Shown here: positions 12,579 to 25,750 of the stretch, in pieces
Position numbering within the stretch: the first letter of the stretch is position 1
Layout: each line of letters begins with the position of its first letter
NCBI GenBank assembly: GCA_951406725.2
Contig: OX597830.1
Span: 64,232,001 to 64,296,000, forward strand
Direction of reading: 5' to 3'
From: Octopus vulgaris
Taxonomy: Eukaryota
DNA length: 64,000 nt
Translations under genes and position numbers: made by a program
The notes under the pieces: generated by a model
What the model was told of the DNA's origin: nothing
What the model saw: only the letters and a program-made list of their open reading frames with translations
Databases searched by the model: none

Positions 12579-12910
12579 GCATGACTGAGTGGATGCGTGG
12601 GCAGTGGGGTGGAGTACAGATATTCAAAACTGAATGCTTTAAATAACTATGAAATGATTACTAATCAACCTTCTGGGGTGGGCAAAAACAAACACCACCA
12701 ATGATACCAGAGGTGATGGACGATGAACCAGTAATACAGTTACGTTGTCTCGCAAATCTCAAATCGTTGGGTGTGAAATTCTAAGAACGGTTGGTTGCCA
12801 CGAATAGCAATGTCGAATGACTGCGTAAGGGAACCCCTCGAGGACTCGGTTTCATCTTCGCTTTAAATATTAGCAGAATGTCATCATTGAATTAGTGTTG
12901 GCTCCATAAC

Positions 12911-12969
12911 TAATATATATACATATACATACTTACATACATACATACATATATATATACATACATATG

Positions 12970-13000
<31 letters not shown>

Positions 13001-13050
13001 ATATGTATATATATATACATATGCATATGTATACATATATATACACATAC

Positions 13051-13093
<43 letters not shown>

Positions 13094-13135
13094 ATCAAAG
13101 TATCAATATATATATATATATGTATGTATATATAC

Positions 13136-13169
<34 letters not shown>

Positions 13170-13193
13170 GTATGAAATGGCAAATATACGTCA

Positions 13194-13265
<72 letters not shown>

Positions 13266-13271
13266 ATATAC

Positions 13272-13306
<35 letters not shown>

Positions 13307-13316
13307 AATGAAATGG

Positions 13317-13372
<56 letters not shown>

Positions 13373-13375
13373 AGA
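12911..13375. repeat. (TA)n compound microsatellite with an internal ~130-bp duplication
   Basis: TGAAATGGCAAATATA occurs twice, near 13173 and 13309. Confidence 0.9.
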
Positions 13376-13564
13376 TATGAGGTTATATGAAGAGCAAGTC
13401 AGCAAGTTAGCTTGTTTCTGAAACAGCACAGTATGCATCAAAGCATATTTAGTGTCTGTCAACACGCAAATATGTTTAATTCCTACCAAGTTTTGCTATA
13501 AAATAGTCGTTTTGGGGGTGATTTTGTAGCAAGAATAAATATTAGTTAATTAGGTTTTTAACGA

Positions 13565-14940
13565 TGTGTAACATTTGGTACAAGACCACACATCTTGGTT
13601 GGAAAGGTTGAAATTGACTAAAGTTCTAGGCGTGTTCTTATCTTAGCGATTCAGCAATAATGAGTGAGAAAACGGGCACAAAGCCAGTAATTTTGAAGGT
13701 GGGGAGTCTACTCCAATATTTGACCGGTACTCTGTTTGGTCGGCCTTCGAGGGATGAGAAGTAAAGCTGACTTCTGCGGATTTTGAACTTGGAGAGTGAA
13801 GAACTGGATGAACTACCGCAAGGCATTTTGCCCGACGTCTCATCAATTATTTCTTTACTGCCCACAAGAGGCTACACACACAGGGGACAAATAAGGACAG
13901 ACAAACAGGTTAAGTCGATTACATCGAACGCAGTGCGTAACTGGTACTTATTTAATTGACCCCGAAATGATGGAAGGCAAAGTCAACCTCCGCGAAATTT
14001 GAACTCAGAACGTAGCGGCAGACGAAACTGGATGAACTACCGCAAGGTATTTTGCCCGACGTCTCATCAAGTATTTCTTTACTACCCACAAGGGGCTAAA
14101 TACAGACGGGACAAACAAGGACAGACAAACGGATTAAGTCCACTGCATCGACCCCAGTGCGTAACTGGTACTTAATTTATCGTCCCCGATAGGATGAAAA
14201 GCAAAGTCGACCTCGGCGGAATTTGAACCCAGAACGTAACGGCAGGCGTGCTAACGTTTCTGCTAGCTCGCCACCTTGACGATCCATCGATTCTGCTGAC
14301 TCGCCACCTTAGGCTCAATAATATTGGTTCCTGAAGGCGGCAAGCTGGCAGAAACGTTAGCGCGCCGGGCAAAATGCGTAGCCGTATTTCGTCTGCCGTT
14401 ACGTTGTGAGTTCAAATTCCGCCGAGGTCGACTTTGCCTTTCATCCTTTCGGGGTCGATTAAATAAGTACCATTTACATCCTGGGGGTCGATGTAATCGA
14501 CTTAATCCGTGTGTCTGTCCTTGTTTGTCCCCTCTGTGTTTAGCCCCTTGTGGGTAGTAAAGAAATAGGTATTTTGTCTGTCTTTACGTTCTGAGTTCAA
14601 ATGCCGCCGAGGTCGACTTTGGCTTTCATCCTTTCGGGGTCGCTAAATTAAGTACCAGTTGCCAACTGGGGTCGGTCTAATCGACTGGCCTCCTCCCCCA
14701 AAATTTCGAGCTTTGTGCCCAGAGTAGAAACGAATGCTGGTTCCTGATTCTATCGTTGGCACAAGGCCTGAAATGACTTGAATTTCGGAGAAGGGATTTC
14801 TCTATTTTACCGGTACTTTATTTTATCGACCCCGAAACGATCAAAAAGAAAGTTTACCTCGGTGAGATATGAACTTAGAAAATGAAGAGCCGAAAGAAAT
14901 AAGAAACGTTAGCGAAATGCTTAGCAGTATTTCGTCCGTA
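13565..14940. mobile_element. Cluster of family-A SINEs (minus copies 13565-14310, plus-strand dimer 14334-14735, further fragments)
   Basis: Homology to family A. TGGTTCCTGA direct repeat flanks the plus-strand dimer. Confidence 0.85.
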
Positions 14941-14979
14941 CGTATTTATGCTTGAGTGTGTATGTGTGTGCGTTTGTCA

Positions 14980-15185
14980 GTTTCACGGTTTCTATGGAGT
15001 ATACACATCCCCTGGATGGGAAGCTGGTCAGTCGTAGGGTTACTCTATTTTGCCAGCTGAGTGCAGTGGAGGTACGGTAAATGAAGTGTTTTGCTTAAGA
15101 ACACGACGCATTGCCCCGTGCAGGAATGGAACCAGAATCTCACAACTATGCGTCTAACACCCTAACCGCTAAGCCACGTGCCTCT
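14980..15185 (-). mobile_element. Family-D tRNA-derived SINE (degenerate)
   Basis: tRNA-like head plus GTGTTCTTAAGCAAAACAC core. Related to 16205-16340 and 60430-60680. Confidence 0.65.
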
Positions 15186-15207
15186 GTTATAGATATATTT
15201 GTCATTT

Positions 15208-15250
<43 letters not shown>

Positions 15251-15532
15251 TTATATATCCTAGGAATACCAAAGCGATTTGGTGGGTTGGCAACAAAAAG
15301 TCTTATGTAAGAGCTTTCCAAGTCTCACATACAAGAAATCCCTGCGTAATATTTGAAAGGTTTGAGTGAGTGATGTTTACTGGAGCATGTCAACGTTTAG
15401 CATGGTTCCAATATAGTAATGGACTGAGATGTTCTAGATATGCAGGAAACGTTAATGTTGGCTCCTATATCTAGTAACCTAGCCATATACTAGGCCACAG
15501 ATGTTCTTTGTACGTTGTATGTGTGTGTATGT

Positions 15533-15579
<47 letters not shown>

Positions 15580-15860
15580 CGTGCAAGTTTGGTGCGGTGA
15601 GGTGGGATGGGCAGTCGAATTAATTGACTGGTGCTATTTCGTTGGCTCCGGAAGAATGAAAGACATGTATGTATGTATGCATGTATGCATGTATGTATGT
15701 ATGTATGTATGTATGTATGTATGTATGTATGTATGTATGTATGCATGTATGTATATACGTATGTATGTATGTAGGTATGAATGCATGTGTGTAAGTATTT
15801 ATGTACGTCATACATACATTTATATATATATATATTTGTATACACACAGACACACAGACA

Positions 15861-15914
<54 letters not shown>

Positions 15915-16060
15915 GGCTCTGTAGTAAGAAGCTTGCTTCCCAACCACATGGTTCCGGGTTCAGTCCCACTTAACGTTGGGCAAGTGTTTTCTACTATAGC
16001 CTCCGGCCGACCATAGCCTTGTCAGTGAATTTGGTTGACGGAAACTGAAAGAAGCCCGTC

Positions 16061-16135
<75 letters not shown>

Positions 16136-16340
16136 ATGTGTGTATGTATTTGTGTGTGTTTGTGTTTGTCCCTCCTCAATCGCTTGACACCTGTGACGTC
16201 GCAGCTCATTTCTACTGCACAGTGAACTGGAGCAACGTGAAATAAAGTGCCTTGCTTCTTGAGCAGTCCGGTCCGGGAATCGAACTCACAACCTCACGAT
16301 TGTAAGCTCGACGCTCTAACCACTGAGCTAATGCATCTTC
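15915..16340. mobile_element. Partial family-B SINE (+) followed by a family-D fragment (-)
   Basis: Homology to other copies in the window. Confidence 0.75.
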
Positions 16341-16397
16341 ACAAGTATATATGTACGTTTATACATATAAAATGTATATATATATATATAATATGCA

Positions 16398-16456
<59 letters not shown>

Positions 16457-17299
16457 TATCACATATATATATATATATATATATATTCAGATGTTTGTAT
16501 ACACACACGCATACACCCCTCACACACATGTATACATACACACACATAAATATATATATATATATATGTATATGGTTACAGATTCACACTTTTAAGACAT
16601 ATATAACTGCAATTAATTTGAAGTATAAGTTACTAATTAATTCAAAGTGTTTCTTAATTAAGTCAAAGAGGATGTGAATAAAATATTAAGCTCGAAACAA
16701 TATTTAAAAAAAATAAATGTGTATAAAATTACTCGCGACGTCCGCTGTTAGAAATATTTTTTCAATTTTATATTTCATATTTATTTTTAAATAAAAGTCC
16801 CTGGCGGGACAAATGCAAACACTCGGTGAAGCAGTTCAAGACGAGTCAAAACGTTTGTTGTTTGTTTTGCTCTTAAACTTGCATTAATAATGCGCAATAG
16901 CGGAAGTGCACACAGAAGCATGCTCATGTGCACAAATATGTTTATCGAAGTATATGTTGGTTTTATGAACCCACGCATCTTTAAGCTGCATGGAACCGGA
17001 TCAAACTGGCTGAGTGGGAAGAAGTACGCTTTCTATCCACATTGTTTTGGTTTCAGTCGCACTGTGTGACACCTTGGGCAAGTGTCTTTGATTCTAGCTC
17101 CGGGCCGTCCTAAACCTTGTGAACGGATTTGCTAGACAGGAAACTGAAAGAATCATGTGGTTATATGCATGCGCGAATGCCTGTCACTCGACGTCTTCTT
17201 ATTCCACTGTCTGTTTCTTATGAATGGCGAAGTTATGAGCAAATATAATCACTCTATACAGACTATTGACTACTCATCTCTAGCTCCAATTTTTTAAAA

Positions 17300-17452
17300 A
17301 TTCTCTCTCCGTTTATTTCCTCATGTTCCTTTCTGTTGAAGAGCGTAGGCTCGAAACGTAAAAGACTTTCTCACTTCCCAAGCGTTAAACTAATACATCT
17401 GTTTGTTGTTTACACACTAGTCTTCGTCATTTGTCTTTTTTGTAAATTCTCG
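17300..17452 (+). mobile_element. PLE pLTR-like fragment abutting the truncated left TIR of the Tc1-like element
   Basis: Contains an HHR motif. The outer 12 bp of the Tc1 TIR are missing at this junction. Confidence 0.55.
17329..17364 (+). ncRNA. Minimal type-I hammerhead motif (A6U variant)
   Basis: CTTT CTGTTGA A GAGC-gtag-GCTC GAAAC GTA AAAG. Confidence 0.6.
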
Positions 17453-17455
17453 TAT

Positions 17456-18652
17456 AAAATAATGGAAACACTTTAAAATTTCAAACAAATTAATTTTAAT
17501 AGGTAGGACCGCCTTTGGCAGTAATTACGGCTTGAATTCTACGAGGTATGGACTCATACAAAGTTTGAATTGTTTCCAAAGGAATTTTTGGCCATTCTTC
17601 AGTTAAAACAGTCCCCATTTATTGTGGTGGAGGATATCGACTCCTTACTTGTTTTTCTAAAATGCACCATAAATGTTAAATAGTATTGAGATCTGGGAAC
17701 TGTAGTGGCCAGATAAGATGTTCAACTTCGCTAAAATGTTCCTCGTGCCATTCAGTAACAACTTTAGCTGTGTGAATTGGTGCATCATCATCCTGAAAGA
17801 TTGCGTTTCTCTCCGGAAACAGTTCCGCAACCATAGGATGAATTTGATCAGATAAAATGCTTAAATAGTCTTGACTATTAATTCTGGCGGCAGATTTCCA
17901 AGATATAGCCTCTTGCCAGATCATCACAGATACTCCTCCATGTTTATCAGTTGGAAGAAAGCAGTCTGGATCAAATACTCCTTTTGGCTGTCTCTACACG
18001 TATACTCGGCCGGTGGTCGGAAATAAGGTAAAGAATGATTCGTCCGAGAAAATAACATTCTTCCACTGCTCTAGGGACTAATTCTGTAGGTTTTTACTCC
18101 ACTCGAAACACTTTGCAACGTTTGTTTTTGAAAGTAGTGGTTTTCTGATTGCAGCCCTCTATGAAATCCGACTTTGTGGAAACTGGGTTCTCGAGGTGGT
18201 CATAAAGCTCTGCACTAATTTTGGGAGCTGTACTTTTGTGATGCTTACTAACAATTCGCGTAAGAGTCCGACGGTCGCTATCTGAAACTTTTGGTTTTCT
18301 TCTGGAGTTTTGTTTCGACGAGGAGGTTTTTTCCCCCTTTCTTAAAGGCTGTCATTACTTTCGAGACAGTGCTTCTTGATACACCAAACATTTCGGCTGT
18401 TTTCGTTACGCTAGCGCCTGCAATATGGGCACCAACAATTTGACCTCTTTGAAAGGCCGATAGAATTGTCATTTTAATGAATTTTAATTACCTTTTTCTG
18501 ATGCTATATGAAAAGAAACAGCAACTTTTGCGAAACATTAAGCAACACTAATAATAAATCAAAAAGACATAAAAATAAAGAAGCTTTTGATGGTTTTATA
18601 GATATTTCAAAATTATGATGCTAGGTGTTTCCATTATTTTGTCCAGCCACTG
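17456..18652 (-). mobile_element. Tc1-like DNA transposon, DD36E spacing, pseudogenised transposase
   Basis: TIR CAGTGGCTGGACAAAATAATGGAAACAC followed by TA at 18653; partial TIR at 17456-17471. Peptides LSAFQRGQIVGA, VIFSDES and FQDDDAPIH...WPLQFPDLNTI*HLW. Confidence 0.92.
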
Positions 18653-18672
18653 TATATATGTGTATGTATATG

Positions 18673-18724
<52 letters not shown>

Positions 18725-18884
18725 CATCTGTCTGTCTGTCTGTCTCCTCCCTCTCTCTCTCTATATATAAACATATACATTTGTATACATATATATGTGT
18801 GTGTGTGTGTTGCATATAAAGATATGCGTATATACAAAGTGCATATATATATATATATATATATGTATATAGATACCAAACTTT

Positions 18885-19075
18885 GGCACGTGGCCTGCAA
18901 ATCCAGGGAATGGGTAAGTCGATGACATCGACCTCAGTGATCAACTGGTACTTATCTTATCGACCCCGAAAACATGAAATGCAAAGGCGACGGTAGCAGA
19001 ATTTGAACTCAGAACCTCATGACATGACGATGGACACTAAGCATTTTATCCTGCGTGCTCGTGCCAAAGATTCTT
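18885..19075 (-). mobile_element. Degenerate family-A SINE
   Basis: Homology to family A. Confidence 0.7.
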
Positions 19076-19560
19076 TTACTCGCTTTACCCACACACACAC
19101 ACACACACCACATATATATATATATATATAATTTTAAAACAGGATAAAATCTTTATAAGAATTTATCAAGTAGTTAGCGTGAAAAACCTCATAAGGAAAA
19201 CATTTATTAATTATTCCCTTTAAATATATTTATTTATATTTTTTTTTATATTTATATTAAAGGTATTACTATACATAAATGCCTCACGCTAGGAGGGACT
19301 CCTCAAGTCAAAACTACCATAATAAACACATTGTACCCAACGCGAGGGAATGTAACTCTCGAAGCGAGCCTTTTAAAAACAGATTCAGCTGCAGATCATG
19401 ATTTCATAATAAGTGCACAAAATGCACTTTTTAATCGTCAGTGCAAGCATAATAGTAATGTCCTTAATAGTAATATATATTATAAATTAATATAAATAAG
19501 GATAAGATCGTTAATTTAAATATCGAAAAAAACCTTCAAAGGTAATAATTATTGTTAAAA

Positions 19561-19754
19561 TTATAATTTAGGATATCTAAGAGATACCCCCAAGCTGGAA
19601 ATAGCAGCCAAAACTTGACTCTAAAACCACATGTCATACAGCACCAGGAGAGAAGACTTTCCTGATGCTGAATGAACATTTAATGTGGTTTTACAGTCAA
19701 GTTTTGGCTGCTATTTCCAGCGTGGAGGTATCTATTAGATGCCCTAAATTATAA
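19561..19754. mobile_element. ~194-bp palindromic MITE-like element
   Basis: TTATAATTTAGG...CCTAAATTATAA. Imperfect inverted symmetry runs almost to the centre. Confidence 0.7.
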
Positions 19755-19797
19755 TACATACATACATACATACATACATACATACACGTACATACAT

Positions 19798-19856
<59 letters not shown>

Positions 19857-20259
19857 CACACACACACAGATACAACACGCAGACACAGGCAAACATCTCT
19901 TTGAAGTCCATTTACCTGTCATAATCGAGAAAACGTCTTGGTCAGATGACATGTGTACATGAATCGATGTTTTCATAAGGATGACAGGCGGACAGGGGTG
20001 TACATGACTGTGTACGCGCGTACACCCGTGTATGTGTGTTTTGTGTATGAATGTGGGCATATATGTGTGTGCTAGCGCGCGTGTGCAAGTGTGCGCGAGA
20101 CATAAACATTTGTATGTGTGCGTGTGCGTGAGTATGGATCCACATCCATGTGTATGCTTGTGTAGATTTTTTGTGTACTATATAGCTGTGTGAGTGTGAT
20201 AAAATATCGCATACATATAAATGCACATATATACGTAGATACATATATGCGCATCCACA

Positions 20260-20670
20260 TATATGTATGTATGCATGTATGTATGTATGTATGTATGTAT
20301 GTGTATGTATGTATGTATGTATGTATGTATGTATGCAGGTAGGTATGTATGTATGCATGTATGTATGTATGTACGTACGTACGTATGTATGTATGTATGT
20401 ATGTATGTATGTGTGTATGTATGTATGTATGTATGTATGTATGTATGTATGTATGTATGCATGTATGTATGTATGTATGTATGTATGTATGTATGTATGT
20501 ATGTATGTATGCAGGTAGGTATGTATGTATGCATGTATGTATGTATGTATGTATGCATGCATGTATGTATGTATGTATGTATGTATGTATGTATGTATGT
20601 ATGCAGGTAGGTATGTATGTATGCATGTATGTATGCAGGTAGGTATGTATGTATGCAGGTAGGTATGTAT
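20260..20670. repeat. (ATGT)n microsatellite
   Basis: Seen directly. Confidence 0.95.
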
Positions 20671-20729
20671 AATTATATCACTTTCTGCCAGCTCGCCGCC
20701 TTCACACGCGCACATATTCATAGATATAC

Positions 20730-20763
<34 letters not shown>

Positions 20764-21267
20764 ATCTATCTGTCTACCTCTCCTCTCAATGTGTGTTGTT
20801 GAGTATGCGTGTATGTGTGTGTGTGTGTGTATGTGTATGTATATGTATAGATATATATGTATAGATATATATGTATATGTGTGTATGTATATGCGTTGAA
20901 ATATTACTTAACAGCGAATGTACCAATAGATTATTGAACGATGTACAATGCTTCCATAGACAACACCCCCACCCCGAGACATAATGACATCAATACGAAC
21001 CACTAAAGACATATTATTAAGGGATGACGAAAAAACCGGACACACGCACGCGCATCAGACAGACACGCGCACGTACGCACCATATGAATAGAATCTTTTC
21101 CCTGACAGACAAGAACGGACGACTTCCATTAATTAAATCGGTCATAAAATGGAACAAAATATGCATTAATTCCCACCGTAAACTCACGATATACATAGAT
21201 ACATACATACATACATGCGTACATTCATGGATACGTACATACATACACTCACGCACGCACGTACACG

Positions 21268-21305
<38 letters not shown>

Positions 21306-21340
21306 CATACAAACATACATACATACATGCATATATATAT

Positions 21341-21573
21341 AAAGGCGGCTAGCTGGCAGAAACGTTAGCACGCTGGGCGAAATGCGTAGCCGTATTTCGT
21401 CTGCCGTTACGTTCTGAGTTCAAATTCCGCCGAGGTCGACTTTGCTTTTCATCCTTTCAGGGTCGATAAATTAAGTACCAGTTACGCACTGGGGTCGATG
21501 TAATCGACTTGATCCGTTTGTCTGTCCTTGTTTGTCCCCTCTGTGTTTAACCCCTTGTGGGTAGTAAAGAAAT
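21341..21573 (+). mobile_element. Family-A SINE monomer
   Basis: Near-consensus copy inserted in (TA)n. Confidence 0.9.
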
Positions 21574-21593
21574 ATATATATATATATATATAT

Positions 21594-22137
21594 ATATTGT
21601 TATATTTCGGAATGGTCATATTGCCAGTTTAGCCAATAAAAACACACGCACTATATATTTGGTGTTATTTTGCTTCAGTGATATTTATTTTTTACATTAA
21701 TCTTAATCTTATTTCGGCCAAAGTTCTTTCGTCACACTCCTGTGACCGCATCAGTGGTCCTTTGTTTTCTTCTCACTTACTTGTGTCTCTCCTTACTAAC
21801 CGTCAGCCATTATAATTAATGGAAGTCGTCCGTTCTTGTCTGTCAGGGAAAAGATTCTATTCATAATGGCTGACGGTTAGTAAGGAGAGACACAAGTAAG
21901 TGAGAAGAAAACAAAGGACCACTGATGCGGTCACAGGAGTGTGACGAAAGAACTTTGGCCGAAATAAGATTAAGATTAATGTAAAAAATAAATATCACTG
22001 AAGCAAAATAACACCAAATATATAGTGCGTGTGTTTTTATTGGCTAAACTGGCAATATGACCATTCCGAAATATAACAATATCTGTTTCAACACACGACT
22101 TCACATAAAAAATCTTGCACAACAAATATTTAAACGT
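21594..22137. mobile_element. PLE-type fold-back insertion: 220-bp perfect inverted arms, 49-bp spacer, ~55-bp tail
   Basis: Arms 21594-21813 and 21863-22082 each carry an HHR motif. Flanked by (TA)n. Confidence 0.8.
21919..21958 (+). ncRNA. Minimal type-I hammerhead motif (A9C variant); mirror copy at 21718-21757 (-)
   Basis: CCA CTGATGC G GTCACA-ggag-TGTGAC GAAAG-aa-CTT TGG. Confidence 0.6.
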
Positions 22138-22264
22138 ATATATATATATATATACACATAATAATAATATTTCGCAGAAACTACAAAGTGACTCAAAAAC
22201 CGAGAGTTTCGTGCCTAGGCACTTATCTAACAAAGTGTCCATCACACGAAACTCTCAGCCCTTG

Positions 22265-22770
22265 TGTCACTGGGTACAAATATACGAAGCCCAATATACT
22301 CATTATGACTACCCGTCCACTAAGGGTACATCAGGCACATGCATCACAACCCTATGTGTGCAAAATAGGGAATTTGTATCAAGTTTAACGACGCATGACC
22401 TTGCAGTTGGGGCCAAGTTAGAATTTGTTTCAGGTCGAGTAGCCCATCCCGCTCTTAAGGTCCATGAATAAGGGTTGTTTAAAGACGTTGAACGAAACAC
22501 CCTTGTTTCTAGAGGTGAATTATTCAAACCCCAATGAATTCCTCTCAACATCTGGTGATGCTGCTCCCCCACTACTTCTGCTCATGATCAGAGATGCACA
22601 TGCTCAAGGGTTTAAGGTCAAACAACTGACAAGCAAATCTGTGGTATTGAGTAGAATATTTGCTGTAGCCAATCTTCTATACCGAGACAAAACAATGTAC
22701 ATGATAACACTTCCAATCAGTTAAGATCAAAAGCCACGAGAGCCACTATCAGGTACTGCATCAGGGCATA
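22265..22770 (-). mobile_element. Probable interspersed repeat associated with (AAT)n
   Basis: GC-balanced block abutting an (AAT)n run. Single copy here, so the family call is from recollection of octopus repeats and is unverified. Confidence 0.35.
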
Positions 22771-22918
22771 ATTATTATCATTATTATTATTTTTGTATTG
22801 TTCAATTGTATTATTAATTGTCATTGTTTTGTATTGATGTCTCCAGTTTTGTATTGTCCCAAGTAGTTTTGCGTTCGGCTCTTGTGGCCAATAAAGCAAC
22901 GATTATTATTATCATCAT

Positions 22919-22995
<77 letters not shown>

Positions 22996-23014
22996 ATACT
23001 ACTACTACTACTAC

Positions 23015-23331
23015 TAAGGCGGCAGAATCGTTAGCACGCTGGACGAAATACTTAACGGCGGAGTTTGAACTCAGAACGTAACGGCAAACGAAATACCTAT
23101 TTCTTTACTACCCACAAGAGACTAAACACAGAGAGGACAAACAAGGACAGAAAAACGGATTAAGTCGATTACATCGACCCCAGTGCGTAACTGGTACTTA
23201 ATTTATCGACCCCGAAAGGATGAAAGGCAAAGTGGACCTCGGTGGAATTTGAACTCAGAACGTAACGGCAGACGAAATACGGCTACGCATTTTGCCCGGC
23301 GTGCTAACGTTTCTGCACAGCTCGCCGCCTT
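23015..23331 (-). mobile_element. Family-A SINE with partial second unit, preceded by a short plus-strand head fragment
   Basis: Homology to family A. Confidence 0.85.
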
Positions 23332-24190
23332 AATTGCAAAGGTAATTTATAGACACCCTGTGTATACATATATACATACTCACATACACACATTACACCC
23401 CGCTCCACACACACGTATGTGTATATGTGCGTGTGTGAGTGCTTAGATGAAATTTCCATCAAAATATTCAAACCGAAACCTAATATGTCCCATTCCCCTA
23501 ATATATTTACATAAAACTACTTATAAACCAGTGCTTTTGTAGCTCTTAACGAGTTAAACTCTTCTTAATGAACTCTTTAATTCTCTATATCATTAAGTAC
23601 ATAATTCTCTAAATTAAATAATTCTATTATATTTATTTAATAACATACGACACACAGTACATTCGTTTCATTGTGTCCGATAACAAAAGTAACTAACACG
23701 CTCCTGCTGTCCTGTCCTAAACACACCATCTCTTCCGTATTTTAATGCTGATATCCAAATGCATTTTCTGCTGCAAACCCACAATTTGGAGGCTTATTCA
23801 AAGCAATGGGAGAAAATTGAATACAAACGCTTACGCGGACCTGATTTCTCTTCTCGCTGATCTCTTCACTGCAGCTAATCTTCCGTGACCACCTCATATT
23901 TTAACTTCTTTCGTCTCTCTTTTCCTTCTTACTTGTTTTCATTCTTATCCTCCCCCTTCTGTATCCTTCCATCCTTTCCAACATTCCTAAGCTCCTTACA
24001 TTCCACAGCCGCCTGCACTCTCGCCTCCTCAAACTCTTTCTCGCCCTCTCTCCATATTTCGCTTCCAGCCTTGCCCTCCGGTCCACATATCACTTCTAAC
24101 TGCATTCACACCTAGACCTAAAAGAATTTTCTTTTTACCTTTCGAATGATTTTGCCTCCTTTTTTATTTGCCATTCTTTTCGTTTTTCTT

Positions 24191-24226
24191 TCCTCTGATG
24201 ATAGACATGCGTCCAAAACGTCAAGA
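24191..24226 (+). ncRNA. Degenerate hammerhead motif after a pyrimidine-rich tract
   Basis: TCCT CTGATGA TA GAC-atgc-GTC C AAAAC GTC AAGA. G12 is replaced by A, so it is probably inactive. Confidence 0.45.
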
Positions 24227-24442
24227 CTTCCTCTTTCTCTTACGCGTTAAAGTAAAATGAATGGATATTTTCGTAAAGACAATGTGCTAATGCATCTCAG
24301 GCAACATGGTTATGGTATAGTATAAAAGGACAACAAGGTAACGTCGTTAGTAGGAAAGGAATACTCTAATAATTGGATAATTTAAGATAAGCTGAGAGAA
24401 GTTAAAAGCAATAACACACGAGAAGAGAAAATAAATTTAATG

Positions 24443-24831
24443 TGTGGTGGAAGCACTCCGTCGGTTACGACGATGAGGGTTCCGGTTGATCCGATCAACG
24501 GAACAGCCTGCTCGTGAAATTAACGTGTAAGTAGCTGAGCACTCCACAGACACGTGCACCCTTAACGTAGTTCTCGGGGATATTCAGCGTGACACAGAGA
24601 GTGACAAGGCTGGCCCTTTGAAATACAGGTACAACGGAAACAGGAAGTAAGAGTGAGAGAAAGTTGTGGTGAAAGAGTACAGCAGGGATCACCACCATCC
24701 CCTGCCGGAGCCTCGTGGAGCTTTAAGTGTTTTCGCTCAATAAACACTCACAACGCCCGGTCTGGGAATCGAAACCACGATCCTATGACCGCAAGTCCGC
24801 CGCCCTAACCACTGGGCCATTGCGCCTCCAC
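24443..24831 (-). mobile_element. Full-length family-C tRNA-derived SINE
   Basis: Head GGAGGCGCAATGGCCCAGTGGTTAGGGCGGCGGACTTGCGG...GGTTTCGATTCC. TSD AAATAAATTTAAT. Second full copy at 54044-54426. Confidence 0.9.
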
Positions 24832-25287
24832 ATAAATAAATTTAATAAAATCTTTTTAAAAAGAAATCTCAAAAAAAAAAAATCCCTCAAAGAAACAATT
24901 GCTGTATCTTCTTTCTATACTCATTACTAAAAGATAAATATGCTGAATCGAACAGTTCTATTTTCCTATGGCAATCCTTCAATATTGCTACTGTATTGCT
25001 ACTGTATTTAACTGGTTTCTTATCTTCTAAGTAAAGAATTCAGAGACTTCGTTTTCTTAAAATAAATTATGAGCTTCGGAAATTAATATTATATTCAGAT
25101 TAACAGAATCGTTTGGGCGTCGGAAAAAATGCTTTGCGGCATACTTTACGAGCTGAGTTCAAATACTGCCATTGTCGGCGTGGCCACTCGTTCTTTTGGG
25201 ATCATTAAAATAAGTACCAGTGGAGCACTGGGGTCGATGTAATCGATTATCACCCTGCCCTATAATCACCGGTTTTGTGCCAACATT

Positions 25288-25445
25288 GGCTGTGTGGTAA
25301 GTAGCTTGCTTACGAACTACATGGTTCCAGGTTCAGTCCCACTGCGTGGCACCTTTGGCAAGTGTCTTCTACTTTAGCCTTGGGCCGGCCAAAGCCTTGT
25401 GAATGGATTTGGTAGACGGAAACTGAAAGAAGCCCGTCGTATACA

Positions 25446-25502
<57 letters not shown>

Positions 25503-25750
25503 TGTGTGTGTGTGTGTGTGTTGTGTGTGTGTCTGCATGTTTGTATGTCTGTGTTTTTCTCCCCAACATCGCTTGACAACCGATGCTGGTGTGTTTACGT
25601 CCTCGTAACTTAGCGGTTCGGCAAAAGATATCGATAGAATAAGTACTAGGCTTACAAGGAATATGTCCTGGGGTCGATGTGCTCGACTAAAGGCGGTGCT
25701 CCAGCATGACCACGGTCAAATGACTGAAACAAGTAAAAGAGTAAGAGAGT
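25288..25750 (+). mobile_element. Full-length family-B SINE
   Basis: Same layout as 12157-12578. Degenerate family-A copies flank it. Confidence 0.9.

Noticed and set aside
12840-12885. Minus-strand GAAACCGAGTC half motif
   Set aside because: No matching core or stem II.
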